A stretch of DNA of 46,301 nt, taken from sequence record SRR31156797_403. One strand, written 5' to 3'. Shown piece by piece: positions 1 through 10,106 of the stretch (position 1 is its first letter; every line of letters starts with the position of its first letter). The notes under the pieces are model-generated. The model was not told the origin of the DNA and ran no database searches. It saw only the letters and a program-made list of their open reading frames with translations. Both the position numbers and the translations under genes were made by a program.

Positions 1-2411
1 ATCCGCCCATGCGTGGCCAGGATTATTTTAACGATATGATCGTGGGTGGATATAATTATGATGAACACCCTGGCCAGAACGGTATTTCCACAACAGAAGG
101 CAGCCATAGCTTTGGTTCGATTGTCTTTAACGGTCTTGTATTGATGATCACCGAATCACCCGGCGACCTGGAAACAGCAAACACATGGATCCTGTTTGGT
201 GACCCGGCCATGCAGGTGCGTACAGCCACACCATCAAGCCTTACATACTCCAATAATGTGATGTTGGTAGGAACACCATTCGAGACCACAGTTTACAAAG
301 ATGGCGCTCCGCTCGAAGGCGCTATGGTGGCCTTAACACAGGGTGGCGAAACGATGTCGGCGGTGTCTGATGCGTCAGGGTTTGTTTCCATTGCCAACGA
401 ATTTCTGCCCGGAGATGTACAGCTTGTAATCACCGGCTTTAACTGCGAAACCATTTATGAAAATATCCAATGCATTCCGCCGACTGGGCCATATGTTATT
501 TTCGACAGCTATGAACTGAACGATACTAACGGAAACAACAACGGAATCCTTGAATATTTTGATGGTGAGGTAACCCTGGATTTCAGCATGAAAAACGTGG
601 GTGTAGAAAATTCTGTGGGTGTGGATGTAACGATTTCTTCCACCGATCCTTATATAACCATCACTGATAACACTGAAAACTTTGGCACCATCAATGCCGG
701 TGAGTCTGTTGCCGTGGGCGATGCTTTTGCCTTTGAGGTAGCCGGCGATGTTCCTGAAGGCCACTCTATCGTCTTCAATGTGGTTGCCGATGCTGAGGAA
801 ACCTGGGAAAGTGTTTGCTCAATCATGGCTTTTTCAGCGCTGCTCGAATATGATTCATTTGTGATTGACGATTCCAATGGAAACAACAATGGCATCCTCG
901 ATCCCGGTGAAACTGCTGACCTGGTGGTTACGATAGCAAACAATGGTTCTGCCGATGCCTTCAATGTTTTTGGCAGCCTTGAAAGCCTCGACACCCATGT
1001 GATGGTAAATACTGCCGATCCACAGGAATTTGGGGACATTCTTGGAAATGAAGTCGGCACGGCTACTTTTAGTGTAACAGCCATATCAAGTATCCCGGGT
1101 GGATATATTGCTGATCTGACAGTGAACTTCACTGCCGACTATGATTTTGCAGGAGAAGCTACCTTTGGCCTGCTTTTCCCGGATTACTGTTATGGAGAGG
1201 CCAGTTGCACCTATGGCGATGGTATTACCGGTTTTGCCCTGGAAGAAATTGACAACATGGAAAATGGCTGTAGCGATGATAATGGTATAAACGGTTATGG
1301 CGATTTTCTGGATATGAGCACTACGCTCGATCCCGGCCAGACTTACACAGCATCTTTCACTACAGGATATTCAAGTCAGTATGCATGTTTGTGGATTGAT
1401 CTGGATGACGATAAAGAGTTTGAAGAATCTGAACGGCTGGTTACTGATCTGGATATGTCGAATTCAGGACAGATATATACAGCTGAATTAACCATACCAG
1501 AAGGTGCGCCAACCGGACAAAAACGAATGCGTGTCCGGGCGCAATGGCTCTATAGCGCTGTTGATCCCTGCGAGGATTGGAGCTATGGTGAAACGGAGGA
1601 TTACACCGTTTTTATTGGAGAACCTATGTACATGCCGCCACCTCAAAACCTTACAGCCCAGGTTTCAGGAAATGATGTTACGCTTTCGTGGGAAGAACCT
1701 GACATGCGACTTGAACTGATGGGTTACAACGTCTATCGGGATGGCGAAATGGTGGCATCGATGATGAATGAAACCACCATGACGGATGAAGACTGTCCTG
1801 ATGGAAGTTACTGGTACGCCATTTCAGCTGTTTATGCCGAAGGCGAATCCGGGCATTGCAGCCCCGTACAGGTAACTGTTGGTGGATTTGTCGGAAAAAT
1901 TCAGGGCTTTGTGCGTGATGCGCTCACCAACCAGGGCATTGACGATGCGTGGGTTTCAGCATTGAATACTGAATATGGTGCCGTAACTTACGAAACACCA
2001 TTTGGTAGTCATTATGTATTGAGCCTGCCTGGCGGCTCCTATGGCGTAGTTTGCCAGGCGCCCGGTTATCAGGATGCGGTAATAGAGGATGTTATGGTGC
2101 TTGATAATGGAACAAGGAGCATCAATTTCTACCTGTATCCGGAAACCGGCGATGAAATCCTTACCAGCATTGCAGATATGGACGAACGCACGGTAATGGT
2201 ATATCCCAACCCGGCCAACGAGCTGGTGAATATGGAAGTTCCCGCAGGAAGCCTGGTGCAGTTATTCAGCCACACCGGCCAACTTGTTTATAATAAAACC
2301 AATCAAGGCCAAAACTTACAGGTTGGCCTCCATGAGTTTGAGGCAGGTATTTACCTGGTTCGGATTATTTCAGGAAATCATATCTACAACGAAAAGCTGA
2401 TCGTAAAATAA
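1..2411 (+). CDS. C25 (gingipain-family) peptidase, 5'-truncated, with repeated Ig-like domains, GEVED, FN3-like and T9SS type A sorting domain
   Basis: Frame is open to the window edge (CCG CCC ATG...). PPMRGQD and TWILFGDP are C25 C-terminal motifs. Two DxNGNNNGIL repeats, WIDLDDDKEF...GETEDY (GEVED), and VYPNPA...GIYLVRI...EKLIVK (T9SS CTD). Confidence 0.85.
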   Translation, partial: PPMRGQDYFNDMIVGGYNYDEHPGQNGISTTEGSHSFGSIVFNGLVLMITESPGDLETANTWILFGDPAMQVRTATPSSLTYSNNVMLVGTPFETTVYKDGAPLEGAMVALTQGGETMSAVSDASGFVSIANEFLPGDVQLVITGFNCETIYENIQCIPPTGPYVIFDSYELNDTNGNNNGILEYFDGEVTLDFSMKNVGVENSVGVDVTISSTDPYITITDNTENFGTINAGESVAVGDAFAFEVAGDVPEGHSIVFNVVADAEETWESVCSIMAFSALLEYDSFVIDDSNGNNNGILDPGETADLVVTIANNGSADAFNVFGSLESLDTHVMVNTADPQEFGDILGNEVGTATFSVTAISSIPGGYIADLTVNFTADYDFAGEATFGLLFPDYCYGEASCTYGDGITGFALEEIDNMENGCSDDNGINGYGDFLDMSTTLDPGQTYTASFTTGYSSQYACLWIDLDDDKEFEESERLVTDLDMSNSGQIYTAELTIPEGAPTGQKRMRVRAQWLYSAVDPCEDWSYGETEDYTVFIGEPMYMPPPQNLTAQVSGNDVTLSWEEPDMRLELMGYNVYRDGEMVASMMNETTMTDEDCPDGSYWYAISAVYAEGESGHCSPVQVTVGGFVGKIQGFVRDALTNQGIDDAWVSALNTEYGAVTYETPFGSHYVLSLPGGSYGVVCQAPGYQDAVIEDVMVLDNGTRSINFYLYPETGDEILTSIADMDERTVMVYPNPANELVNMEVPAGSLVQLFSHTGQLVYNKTNQGQNLQVGLHEFEAGIYLVRIISGNHIYNEKLIVK

Positions 2412-2443
2412 ACCAGAATTATTTTTAAGTACTTCATAGTTAG

Positions 2444-2472
2444 AGTCCCGGTTCATTGCCGGGACTTTTTTT
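2444..2472. terminator. Intrinsic terminator between convergent genes
   Basis: AGTCCCGG-ttcattg-CCGGGACT followed by a T-run. Confidence 0.85.
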
Positions 2473-2476
2473 ATTA

Positions 2477-4351
2477 CTAAAACTCCCTCAGCGTCAGGTG
2501 AATGCCCTTGTGCACTTCATACCAGTACTCTTCGGCTGCTTTGTATTTATCCTCTTCGAACAGGTTGAGCCAATAATCAAACTTTTCACTTTTGTTTTGA
2601 TCCACTTCTTTCTTTCGCTTCATGAAATACCAAATGAAATCAATGTTTCTTTCGCTTTCCCAGAAAACGGAGGCATTTCTACTGTTGGCGCGGGTGGTAG
2701 TCATTTTCAGCTTTTTCAGGAATTCGTCTTTTTTACCCCATAGGGTTTCCACAATTTCGGGAAGCATTTCTTCGGCCCATGCCCGGTGAAAACGGCAAAA
2801 TCCCAGGTTGTCAAGGATCAGTTCTTTGTTGAACCTGTCGGCATTAATTTCGCCAAGCTCGCGGGGCGCCACAAATTCGCTGCCATAGTACATAAAATAT
2901 TTCCCCATGATCGACATGGGCGACAATACTCCGGGTGTCCAGTATTGGTTTGGTACCATCCAACCTTTTCGTGCAAAAGAGTTAAATACAAACTTGTTGA
3001 TGATGGCTTTTCCGCGTTCGCGCGAAAGTTTCCGTGCCAGTTTCCTTGCGCCCTCCTCAAAATTCAGGATGCCTTTTTGCTCCACAATTGCATCCAGTAT
3101 TTCACAAGCTATGGTGGCATTGTGCATTGAATCCTTTACAGCATCAAAATTATCTGGTGTGAAAACGGGCTTTGCAGTGGCGCCCACCTCTTCCGGTTTT
3201 AGTAAATCGTCATCCAGGCATTCGAACAACCAGGCCAGAACTCCGCCTACTGAAATGGCGTCGAAGCCATATATGTCAGCATGATGATTTACCTTTTCGG
3301 CAGCCCGCTGGTCGAAGATACCGATTAACGGCCCCATGGTCTGGTAAGGTTCGTAGTCCTTTTTATATTCCCCGTTCATTTTTTTGCACACAGCAGCACA
3401 GGGTTCCCCGCAATTAAATTGTTGTTTCTTTCTGATGGTCTCCTCATTAAATTGTTTCAGGTAATGATTCGTGATGAGCCTTTCATTTATTTCCAGCCTT
3501 TTTTCTTCTGTCCAATAAATACTTTTGTAGTTGAATGAAAGCAGTTCACCTTTAAGCTTATGGTAATTGACCCCCAGGGTTCCGCCGGTGTTAAAGTTGG
3601 GATCGTAGCGGTATTTCGTGGTGGCTTCCACATCTTTGGCAGCCATCTTTTTCTGGTATTTGTTTTCAAACCATTCGTTGGCCACTTTTCTGTCGGTAAA
3701 ATCTTCATCGATGTATGTGCCCCCATAAATTACAGAAGCAATACCATGCTCCTGCAACATTTTTGATCCAAACCCTCCTCTGCCGGCCCAGGTATCAACA
3801 TAAGTATTCTGCCCCTGCTTAACCGGCGCAGAACAGATTCCACCAAAATCGGTAGTTAATGCCGACTTTCCGACAGCGAGAATCCGGGGCTGGGTTACGT
3901 ATTTATCGATGTATTGTTCAAGGGTGTAATCCATAACAGCATACACACCTTTTCGGCCCTCATTCCATATACGGTTCAGGTCGAGTATTTTTAATTCCAG
4001 TTCAATTTCTTCCTCATGAATTCGGTTCAGGTATAACATCGAAGGCTGTGGTGCTTTACCGATTATCGAGATCATATTGATTCCAAGGTTATCAAAAACC
4101 AATGAGGCACCTCCCATTGTTGAAATATAAAATCCTTGCCAGGCAGGTGAGTGTCCGGTGAAAATAAGTCTGTTGGAACCCGGAAATATGGATCCTGCCA
4201 ACAGGCCTGTACCTATATTCAGGCTGTTGTATCGCCGTGATAGGCTGATCCCCAAATCAACCGGCCCAAAAAAATCGCCGACTTTAAATCGTTCGACTCT
4301 GTAAAACCCATTGGTTGCATCAATTCTTAATACCCGGATTGTTGATTCCAT
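2477..4351 (-). CDS. Aldehyde:ferredoxin oxidoreductase family W/Mo enzyme, GAPOR (glyceraldehyde-3-phosphate:ferredoxin oxidoreductase)-like
   Basis: PGSNRL, STMGG, WAGRGGFGS, KYRYDPNFNTGGT, CGEPCAAVCKK, YEPY, GFDAI, DNLGFCRFHRAW and VFWESER match my recollection of Pyrococcus GAPOR. Confidence 0.85.
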   Translation of the reverse strand: MESTIRVLRIDATNGFYRVERFKVGDFFGPVDLGISLSRRYNSLNIGTGLLAGSIFPGSNRLIFTGHSPAWQGFYISTMGGASLVFDNLGINMISIIGKAPQPSMLYLNRIHEEEIELELKILDLNRIWNEGRKGVYAVMDYTLEQYIDKYVTQPRILAVGKSALTTDFGGICSAPVKQGQNTYVDTWAGRGGFGSKMLQEHGIASVIYGGTYIDEDFTDRKVANEWFENKYQKKMAAKDVEATTKYRYDPNFNTGGTLGVNYHKLKGELLSFNYKSIYWTEEKRLEINERLITNHYLKQFNEETIRKKQQFNCGEPCAAVCKKMNGEYKKDYEPYQTMGPLIGIFDQRAAEKVNHHADIYGFDAISVGGVLAWLFECLDDDLLKPEEVGATAKPVFTPDNFDAVKDSMHNATIACEILDAIVEQKGILNFEEGARKLARKLSRERGKAIINKFVFNSFARKGWMVPNQYWTPGVLSPMSIMGKYFMYYGSEFVAPRELGEINADRFNKELILDNLGFCRFHRAWAEEMLPEIVETLWGKKDEFLKKLKMTTTRANSRNASVFWESERNIDFIWYFMKRKKEVDQNKSEKFDYWLNLFEEDKYKAAEEYWYEVHKGIHLTLREF

Positions 4352-4640
4352 TTTTTTGTTTTTTTTAAACTTAATTGGCTAAAAATATGCTTTTCATATC
4401 GATTGTGCAAATCAGATGTAGAATCAAAAAGTGAAAGTAGCTCATATCTCAGTTTTCAACTTATTTGTTGTTAAGACCAATCTAAAAGATAAAGTGGCGT
4501 TAATAATTGTGTGTTAAAAAAGATTTTAAAGTGTCACCTTTCTTAAGTTGTATTTGGCATCTGTTACCTCCGAAAGAGATTTATTGGTAAAGGAAATCTT
4601 CCTTGCATGATATTTTTTGTTAGTGATTAAATTAATTCAT

Positions 4641-5213
4641 ATGAGAAAATTTATAATCGTGATGGCCTTATTTTTTTTGATGAGTCCTATGATGGTGCTG
4701 GTTGCACAAAATTTAGTAGCTCAACGAAAACCAGCCAGTGAACAGGCAATTCCAAAGATTGTGTTGAACATCTTTAATAAGCAATACACTGATGTAATGA
4801 TCAGAGGCTGGTATGTTACCCATCTCACCTATTGGCAAAACGACTACAGTTCTGATTGGTATAATGGTTGGTATGGCCAACGCACCATCGTAATCTATAC
4901 CTATGAGAAACCCAATTATTTTGAAGTTGAATTTATCGCTAATCCCGGAGAGCTAAGCAGAGCTATATATAACATATACGGTTACTGGTACGAAACCCGA
5001 ACCCAGATCAAAGGCCTCCCGATCGGAATACATGATGCGCTTAAAGCATCGAAGTTTAAGGATTGGAAAATATCGCTCACCAAAGAAAAATTGGAATCTC
5101 CTATGTGGCCCGACGAAATATACAGGTTCCAGGTTTCGAAAGGTTTGAAGTCTCAGATAATCCGCATGGATGAAAAGGGGAACGTTATCCAGGTAAAAGA
5201 TATTGAAGATTAA
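4641..5213 (+). CDS. Secreted PepSY-like/BLIP-like domain protein
   Basis: Signal peptide MRKFIIVMALFF. Pattern IP..V...F..QY...W...FEVEF...G.WYET...LP..I..AL. ATG 4641 is preferred over TTG 4617. Confidence 0.6.
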   Translation: MRKFIIVMALFFLMSPMMVLVAQNLVAQRKPASEQAIPKIVLNIFNKQYTDVMIRGWYVTHLTYWQNDYSSDWYNGWYGQRTIVIYTYEKPNYFEVEFIANPGELSRAIYNIYGYWYETRTQIKGLPIGIHDALKASKFKDWKISLTKEKLESPMWPDEIYRFQVSKGLKSQIIRMDEKGNVIQVKDIED

Positions 5214-5319
5214 AAGACAACCAAAATTGCAAACACAGGCATTTCAAATTATATTTGTCTAAAAATATCCTCTTTTATTCATTTGGATAATTTTGTAAAC
5301 TTCGGATAACATCATTAAA

Positions 5320-6396
5320 ATGAAACTACAGGACCTAGGATACAGCGCCAAACTGGAAAACCTTCGCCAGGAGTACAACCTTCAGGATTTTGAAATCGGC
5401 CGCGTAATCGCAGAGCATAAGGAACGCTACATTGTTACCACAGAACAGGGTGATACCTATGCTGAAATCACTGGAAATTTACGGTTTTCGGCCCAAAGCA
5501 GGGATGCATATCCAGCCGTTGGCGACTGGGTGGCACTCATGGCTTATGATGAGGGGTTGTCCATCATTCACAAAATCCTTCCACGATTTTCCACACTGAC
5601 CCGCCAGGCAGTTGGGCGGTATGGTGAAGTGCAGATCATTGCCGCAAATATCGATTTTGCATTTGTGGTTCAGGCTGTGGACAGGGATTTTAACATCAAC
5701 CGGCTAGAACGGTATCTTACTGTGTGCCATGCTTCAAAAGTTTCCCCGGTTATTGTCTTTACCAAAACCGATTTAACTGATAGTGCAAGGGTGGAAGAAA
5801 TTTCGGCAAGGGTACGGCAACGAATTAAGGAAATTCCGGTGGTGGCTATCAGCAACCAAACACAGCTGGGATATGATGCCCTGAAAGGTTTCATCGAAAA
5901 GGGAAAGACCTATTGTATGCTGGGGTCATCAGGTGTTGGAAAATCAACGTTGGTGAACAATCTTTCGGGAAGAGCTTTGATGAAAACAGAAGAGATCAGT
6001 CACAGCTCCAATCGTGGAAAGCATATTACCAGTCATCGAGAGCTGGTGGTGTTGGAGGGAGGTGGTATTTTGATTGATAATCCCGGAATGCGTGAAGTAG
6101 GCATAACAGATAATTCAGCAGGATTGGAAACAACATTCGACGAAATTACCCGCCTTGCGGAGGATTGTAAATTCAAGGATTGTACCCATACTAATGAAAC
6201 CGGATGCGCAGTGATAGAAGCTGTAGAGGAAGGAAATTTTGATCGGGGTGCATATGAAAATTTCCTCAAACTGGAGCGGGAAAAGGATTATTTTGAATCT
6301 ACAATTGCTGATAAACGCAAGAAAGATAAAGAATTTGGGAAGATGATCAAAAACGTTAAAAAGGATATAAAAAAGATCAAGGGAAACCGTCAGTAA
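5320..6396 (+). CDS. rsgA: Ribosome small subunit-dependent GTPase A
   Basis: PAVGDWV, AANID, TKTD, GSSGVGKS, GKHIT, DNPG and the CKFKDCTHxxExGC zinc motif. Confidence 0.95.
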   Translation: MKLQDLGYSAKLENLRQEYNLQDFEIGRVIAEHKERYIVTTEQGDTYAEITGNLRFSAQSRDAYPAVGDWVALMAYDEGLSIIHKILPRFSTLTRQAVGRYGEVQIIAANIDFAFVVQAVDRDFNINRLERYLTVCHASKVSPVIVFTKTDLTDSARVEEISARVRQRIKEIPVVAISNQTQLGYDALKGFIEKGKTYCMLGSSGVGKSTLVNNLSGRALMKTEEISHSSNRGKHITSHRELVVLEGGGILIDNPGMREVGITDNSAGLETTFDEITRLAEDCKFKDCTHTNETGCAVIEAVEEGNFDRGAYENFLKLEREKDYFESTIADKRKKDKEFGKMIKNVKKDIKKIKGNRQ

Positions 6397-6435
6397 AATG
6401 GCGTAGTGCCTTGATAAATAAAAACTGTTTTTAAA

Positions 6436-7431
6436 ATGACATCCGAGAAAAAAATCAATTGGGGCATAATGGGGCTTGGGAAAATTGCACGCACTTTTGC
6501 GGAGGACCTTCAGCGTGCGGAAAATGCCTCTATCCAGGGTGTTGCCTCCCGAAGCGAAGAAAAATCCAGGGCTTTTGCCACCGAGTTTGACGCTGTCAAT
6601 AGTTATGGGTCCTATGCTGAGTTGGCTGCCGATCCCGAAATACACATCGTTTATGTGGCTACACCACACCCCATGCATTTCGAAAATACCATGATGTGCC
6701 TCAAACAGGGCAAGCATGTACTTTGCGAGAAGCCGATGGGCATGAATGCCGCAGATGTATCCGCAATGATTGCAGAAGCCCAGGAAAGAAATTTATTTCT
6801 GATGGAAGGTATCTGGACCCGGTTTATCCCTGCTACCAACCTGCTGCTCGCTCTTATCGAAAAAGGATCCATTGGTGAAGTCATATCTGTTCGTGCAGAC
6901 TTTGGTTTTAAGGGCAATCCTGACCCAAAAGCCCGGCTTTTAAACAAAGAACTTGGAGGTGGTTCACTAATGGATATCGGGATTTACCCGGCCTATCTGA
7001 GTTTACTCGTATTGGGTGTACCTGCTAAAATTCAGGCTATGGCCCGTATGTCAGAAACCAGCGTAGATACTTTTTGCGCCATGTTGTTTGAATACCCGAA
7101 GCAGAGTGCCGTGCTTGAATCGAGTTTTGTAACGGATACACCCACCGAGGCATTTGTTTTTGGGGGCACCGGAACCCTCAAACTCCATGGTGATTTCCAT
7201 CATTCCAGAAAAGTTACACTTTACAGAAAAGGTCAGATGGAGCAAACTTTCAAAATTGAATTTTTGGGCAATGGCTATGTGCATGAAATTGAGGAAGTGC
7301 ATCATTGCCTGAATAATAAACTGATGGAAAGTCCAAAGCTTCCTTTGAAAACAAGTCTTGAACTGATCACGGTCCTCGATCGGGTGAGGACAGAGATCGG
7401 GTTGGATTATCCTGTTGATTTTGATAATTAA
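6436..7431 (+). CDS. Gfo/Idh/MocA family oxidoreductase
   Basis: WGIMGLGKIA, VYVATPH, HVLCEKP, GGGSLMDIGIY. Confidence 0.9.
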   Translation: MTSEKKINWGIMGLGKIARTFAEDLQRAENASIQGVASRSEEKSRAFATEFDAVNSYGSYAELAADPEIHIVYVATPHPMHFENTMMCLKQGKHVLCEKPMGMNAADVSAMIAEAQERNLFLMEGIWTRFIPATNLLLALIEKGSIGEVISVRADFGFKGNPDPKARLLNKELGGGSLMDIGIYPAYLSLLVLGVPAKIQAMARMSETSVDTFCAMLFEYPKQSAVLESSFVTDTPTEAFVFGGTGTLKLHGDFHHSRKVTLYRKGQMEQTFKIEFLGNGYVHEIEEVHHCLNNKLMESPKLPLKTSLELITVLDRVRTEIGLDYPVDFDN

Positions 7432-7442
7432 AACCATAGTAA

Positions 7443-7876
7443 ATGACAAAAACTAAGATAATCTCAAACCCGCGGGTAAATGAGGTTTTTGAAAATTACC
7501 CTGATCATATCCGTGATAAAATGCTGAATCTGCGCAGGCTGGTAATAGAGGCAGCAGATGAATCAGCAGAAATAGAAAACATTGAAGAAACCCTGAAATG
7601 GGGCGAACCCAGCTATCTCACCAAAATAGGCAGCACAGTTCGGATGGACTGGAAGCAAAAGTCGCCGGATCAATATGCAATTTTTTTCAAATGTACGAGT
7701 AAGCTGGTTTCCACATTTAGAAAGATTTACGGGGAAGCTTTTCAATATGAGGTGAAAGGGCCATTGTTTTTAAACTGGAAGATAGAATTCCGGAGCCGGA
7801 ATTAAAAAAATGCATACGCACTGCACTTACCTATCACAAGGTGAAGCAATTACCAAACCTCGGATTGTCATTGTAG
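7443..7876 (+). pseudogene. DUF1801 (YdhG-like) protein with a frameshift near 7750 (pseudogene or sequencing error)
   Basis: EETLKWGEPSY and STVRMDWK in frame 0. The family-like C-terminus GERAIVFKLEDRIPEPELKKCIRTALTYHKVKQLPNLGLSL* lies in the -1 frame, 7751-7876. Confidence 0.75.
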
Positions 7877-7959
7877 TTTCGAGTGCTGCCATTATTTACC
7901 TAACATCTTTGTGCAAAAGGTAAAGCCTCCAGCCATAAAAAAAACAACTGTTGGACAGC

Positions 7960-10104
7960 TTACAGCTCCATCAAAAGGTTGGCCAGCAATGCAGAGCGTT
8001 CCAAAAGGCTGTGCTTTAAAATATATTCTGATTTATTGGAAGGCTTTATTCCTGCGGGGCCCAAGCCGTCAATGAGAGATTTATCATCCCTGATGAAACA
8101 AATATCGGCCGAGCTCCAGCGATGCTCCTCCTTCAGATTGATGTCAAGTTTTGTGGCAATCTCTCTTAAAGTATGGAAAAGCTGCACCGTTTTTTCGGTT
8201 CTTACCATTGGGGGCCTTCGTATACCACCCTCCAATTGTACTTCAAAATCCCGGTTACCCTTTCTGGGGATCATTTTTTTAATTTTCCGGTCGGTTTCTT
8301 CCATTTGTTCCGGATGGTTGAATCTTACGCTCAGGTTGGCTGACCCGTGTGCAAATGGTTCTGTAATATTCGATTCGAGTTGCATTTGCGATGGTGCAAT
8401 TACAAGGCCTTCATCGGGATTGGAAAATTCAGTCCAGGTTGCGATTAGTTTGGTGAATTTACCCACTGCACCGGATACAAAACGGGCGTCAGTAGTATTC
8501 ATCAGGTTAAGCTGACAAAGGAACGCTGCAGCACCGGACCTTGAGGTTACCACGGTATCATCAAGTGATGCGCCGTGTGTACCAATCACATAGGTTGCAT
8601 TTTGTGAAACCCGTGTGATAAGGCTTCCGGTGTATTTCCCCTGCAGTGTGTTATCGCTTGTTATCAAAACACCGACTTTTAGTTTTCTGAGTTGCCTTAA
8701 AAATCGCAGTGCCTGCAGTGCCGAGATTATTACTGCCAGACCTCCTTTATTTTCCCATACACCACTTCCGTAGATCTTTTGTTCGTGGTCCTGGTAATAT
8801 TCGTGCGACGAACTCTTTGTGTCATTATCGAGGTTGGCCAATAAAAGGATGTCGGCGGTTTCATTTTCAGCATTGGTGAAATACATGGCACTTCCCACCT
8901 CTATCTGTGGGTAGGGTTGAAATGCAAATCCTAACTGGCTGAATTGCGTTTTGATGATATTTGAAAGTTTCTTGATCCCCTCAATGTTTCGCACATGTGT
9001 GTTGATGTTCACCATTTCCCGGAGCAGGCTTTCCACCTGGCTTTGACGGCCACGAAGAAATCCACGTATCCTCACATGCGATGGAACTTTGGTGTAAACT
9101 TTTTCTGCTTCAGTAGCAAATTCTGAAGTGGTAAAATAACGGTTTACTGCAACATCGAGCATCTTATTTACCAGCGCTTTATAGTCATATCCGGCCACAT
9201 TTGCTGCATGGGGATACGAACCTGTGGGGCCAAGACTGGCCATGGAATTCAACTCCAGGATATATGCATTACCCTGCTCGTCCATCCTGAAATCCACACG
9301 TGCAAAGTCCTTTAGCTGCAATGCATTAAAAGCATCTACGCTAAGCTTTACCATTTCATTTGTTTTTTCTTCAGACAGCGGTGCCGGACAAAGTTTACGC
9401 TTGGGTTTATTGCTTTTGTGCTCAAAGGTCTGAATGGCATTGGGATCGTTTTCCAGGTCGATTTCCAGCACGGGAAGTGCTTCAACGGGATTGTTGCCCA
9501 GGAGGCCAACGGCAAATTCACGACCTGCGATAAATTGCTCAACAAGTGCCGCTTGGTTAAACTCCCCGATAATATATTTTATGGCCTCACGTAAATCCTT
9601 GTAGTTGTCAACAATACGCAACCCAAAAGATACTGATTCCATTTTTGGTTTTACAATTACAGGAAACTCCACATCGCCTTCGTTGAATTTTTCAGAAGAA
9701 AACACCCAGAATTTTGGGGTGGGGAGGCCGTGCTGCTGAAGGATCATTTTGGTTACTACCTTGTCGAGGGCCAGCGCATGTCCGGCAGGGGAAGATCCCA
9801 CATAAGGGATGCCCAGCATTTCGAGCATGGCAGGGATGTGTGTGTAGCGGCTTTCGCCCTGAATGCCATAAGCCATATTAAAAACCATGCCCATTTTTTT
9901 GCCTTCTACCTCACGAGGCATAAAATCCTGCAAATGCTCAATTACGTGCATGTCGCCATCAATGATGCCTACATTGTGCCCACCTTCTTCCAGGCAATTG
10001 GCCACTTTTTTCACAACTTCGGGATTGTACATTTCACGATTTTGCATCCCGAACTTATTGATCACCTTTGAGGCGTCTTTGTTATAAATTATTGCAACTT
10101 TCAT
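7960..10104 (-). CDS. Fusion of a D-Ala-D-Ala-ligase-like ATP-grasp domain and a degenerate M20 (carboxypeptidase G2-like) peptidase domain
   Basis: N-half: FNMAYG, GIPYVGS, LDKVVTK, IVKP, EQFIAGRE, ARVDFR, LELNS. C-half: M20 landmarks IYGSGV..KGG, RPPM, IDGLGP...EY, but with substituted metal ligands. Confidence 0.85.
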   Translation of the reverse strand: MKVAIIYNKDASKVINKFGMQNREMYNPEVVKKVANCLEEGGHNVGIIDGDMHVIEHLQDFMPREVEGKKMGMVFNMAYGIQGESRYTHIPAMLEMLGIPYVGSSPAGHALALDKVVTKMILQQHGLPTPKFWVFSSEKFNEGDVEFPVIVKPKMESVSFGLRIVDNYKDLREAIKYIIGEFNQAALVEQFIAGREFAVGLLGNNPVEALPVLEIDLENDPNAIQTFEHKSNKPKRKLCPAPLSEEKTNEMVKLSVDAFNALQLKDFARVDFRMDEQGNAYILELNSMASLGPTGSYPHAANVAGYDYKALVNKMLDVAVNRYFTTSEFATEAEKVYTKVPSHVRIRGFLRGRQSQVESLLREMVNINTHVRNIEGIKKLSNIIKTQFSQLGFAFQPYPQIEVGSAMYFTNAENETADILLLANLDNDTKSSSHEYYQDHEQKIYGSGVWENKGGLAVIISALQALRFLRQLRKLKVGVLITSDNTLQGKYTGSLITRVSQNATYVIGTHGASLDDTVVTSRSGAAAFLCQLNLMNTTDARFVSGAVGKFTKLIATWTEFSNPDEGLVIAPSQMQLESNITEPFAHGSANLSVRFNHPEQMEETDRKIKKMIPRKGNRDFEVQLEGGIRRPPMVRTEKTVQLFHTLREIATKLDINLKEEHRWSSADICFIRDDKSLIDGLGPAGIKPSNKSEYILKHSLLERSALLANLLMEL

Positions 10105-10106
10105 TT

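Noticed and set aside
7960-10104. Calling the ATP-grasp fusion ddl, or the GATases guaA/trpG
   Set aside because: D-Ala-binding motifs are missing, there is no GMP synthase ATPase domain, and no trpE/pabB is nearby
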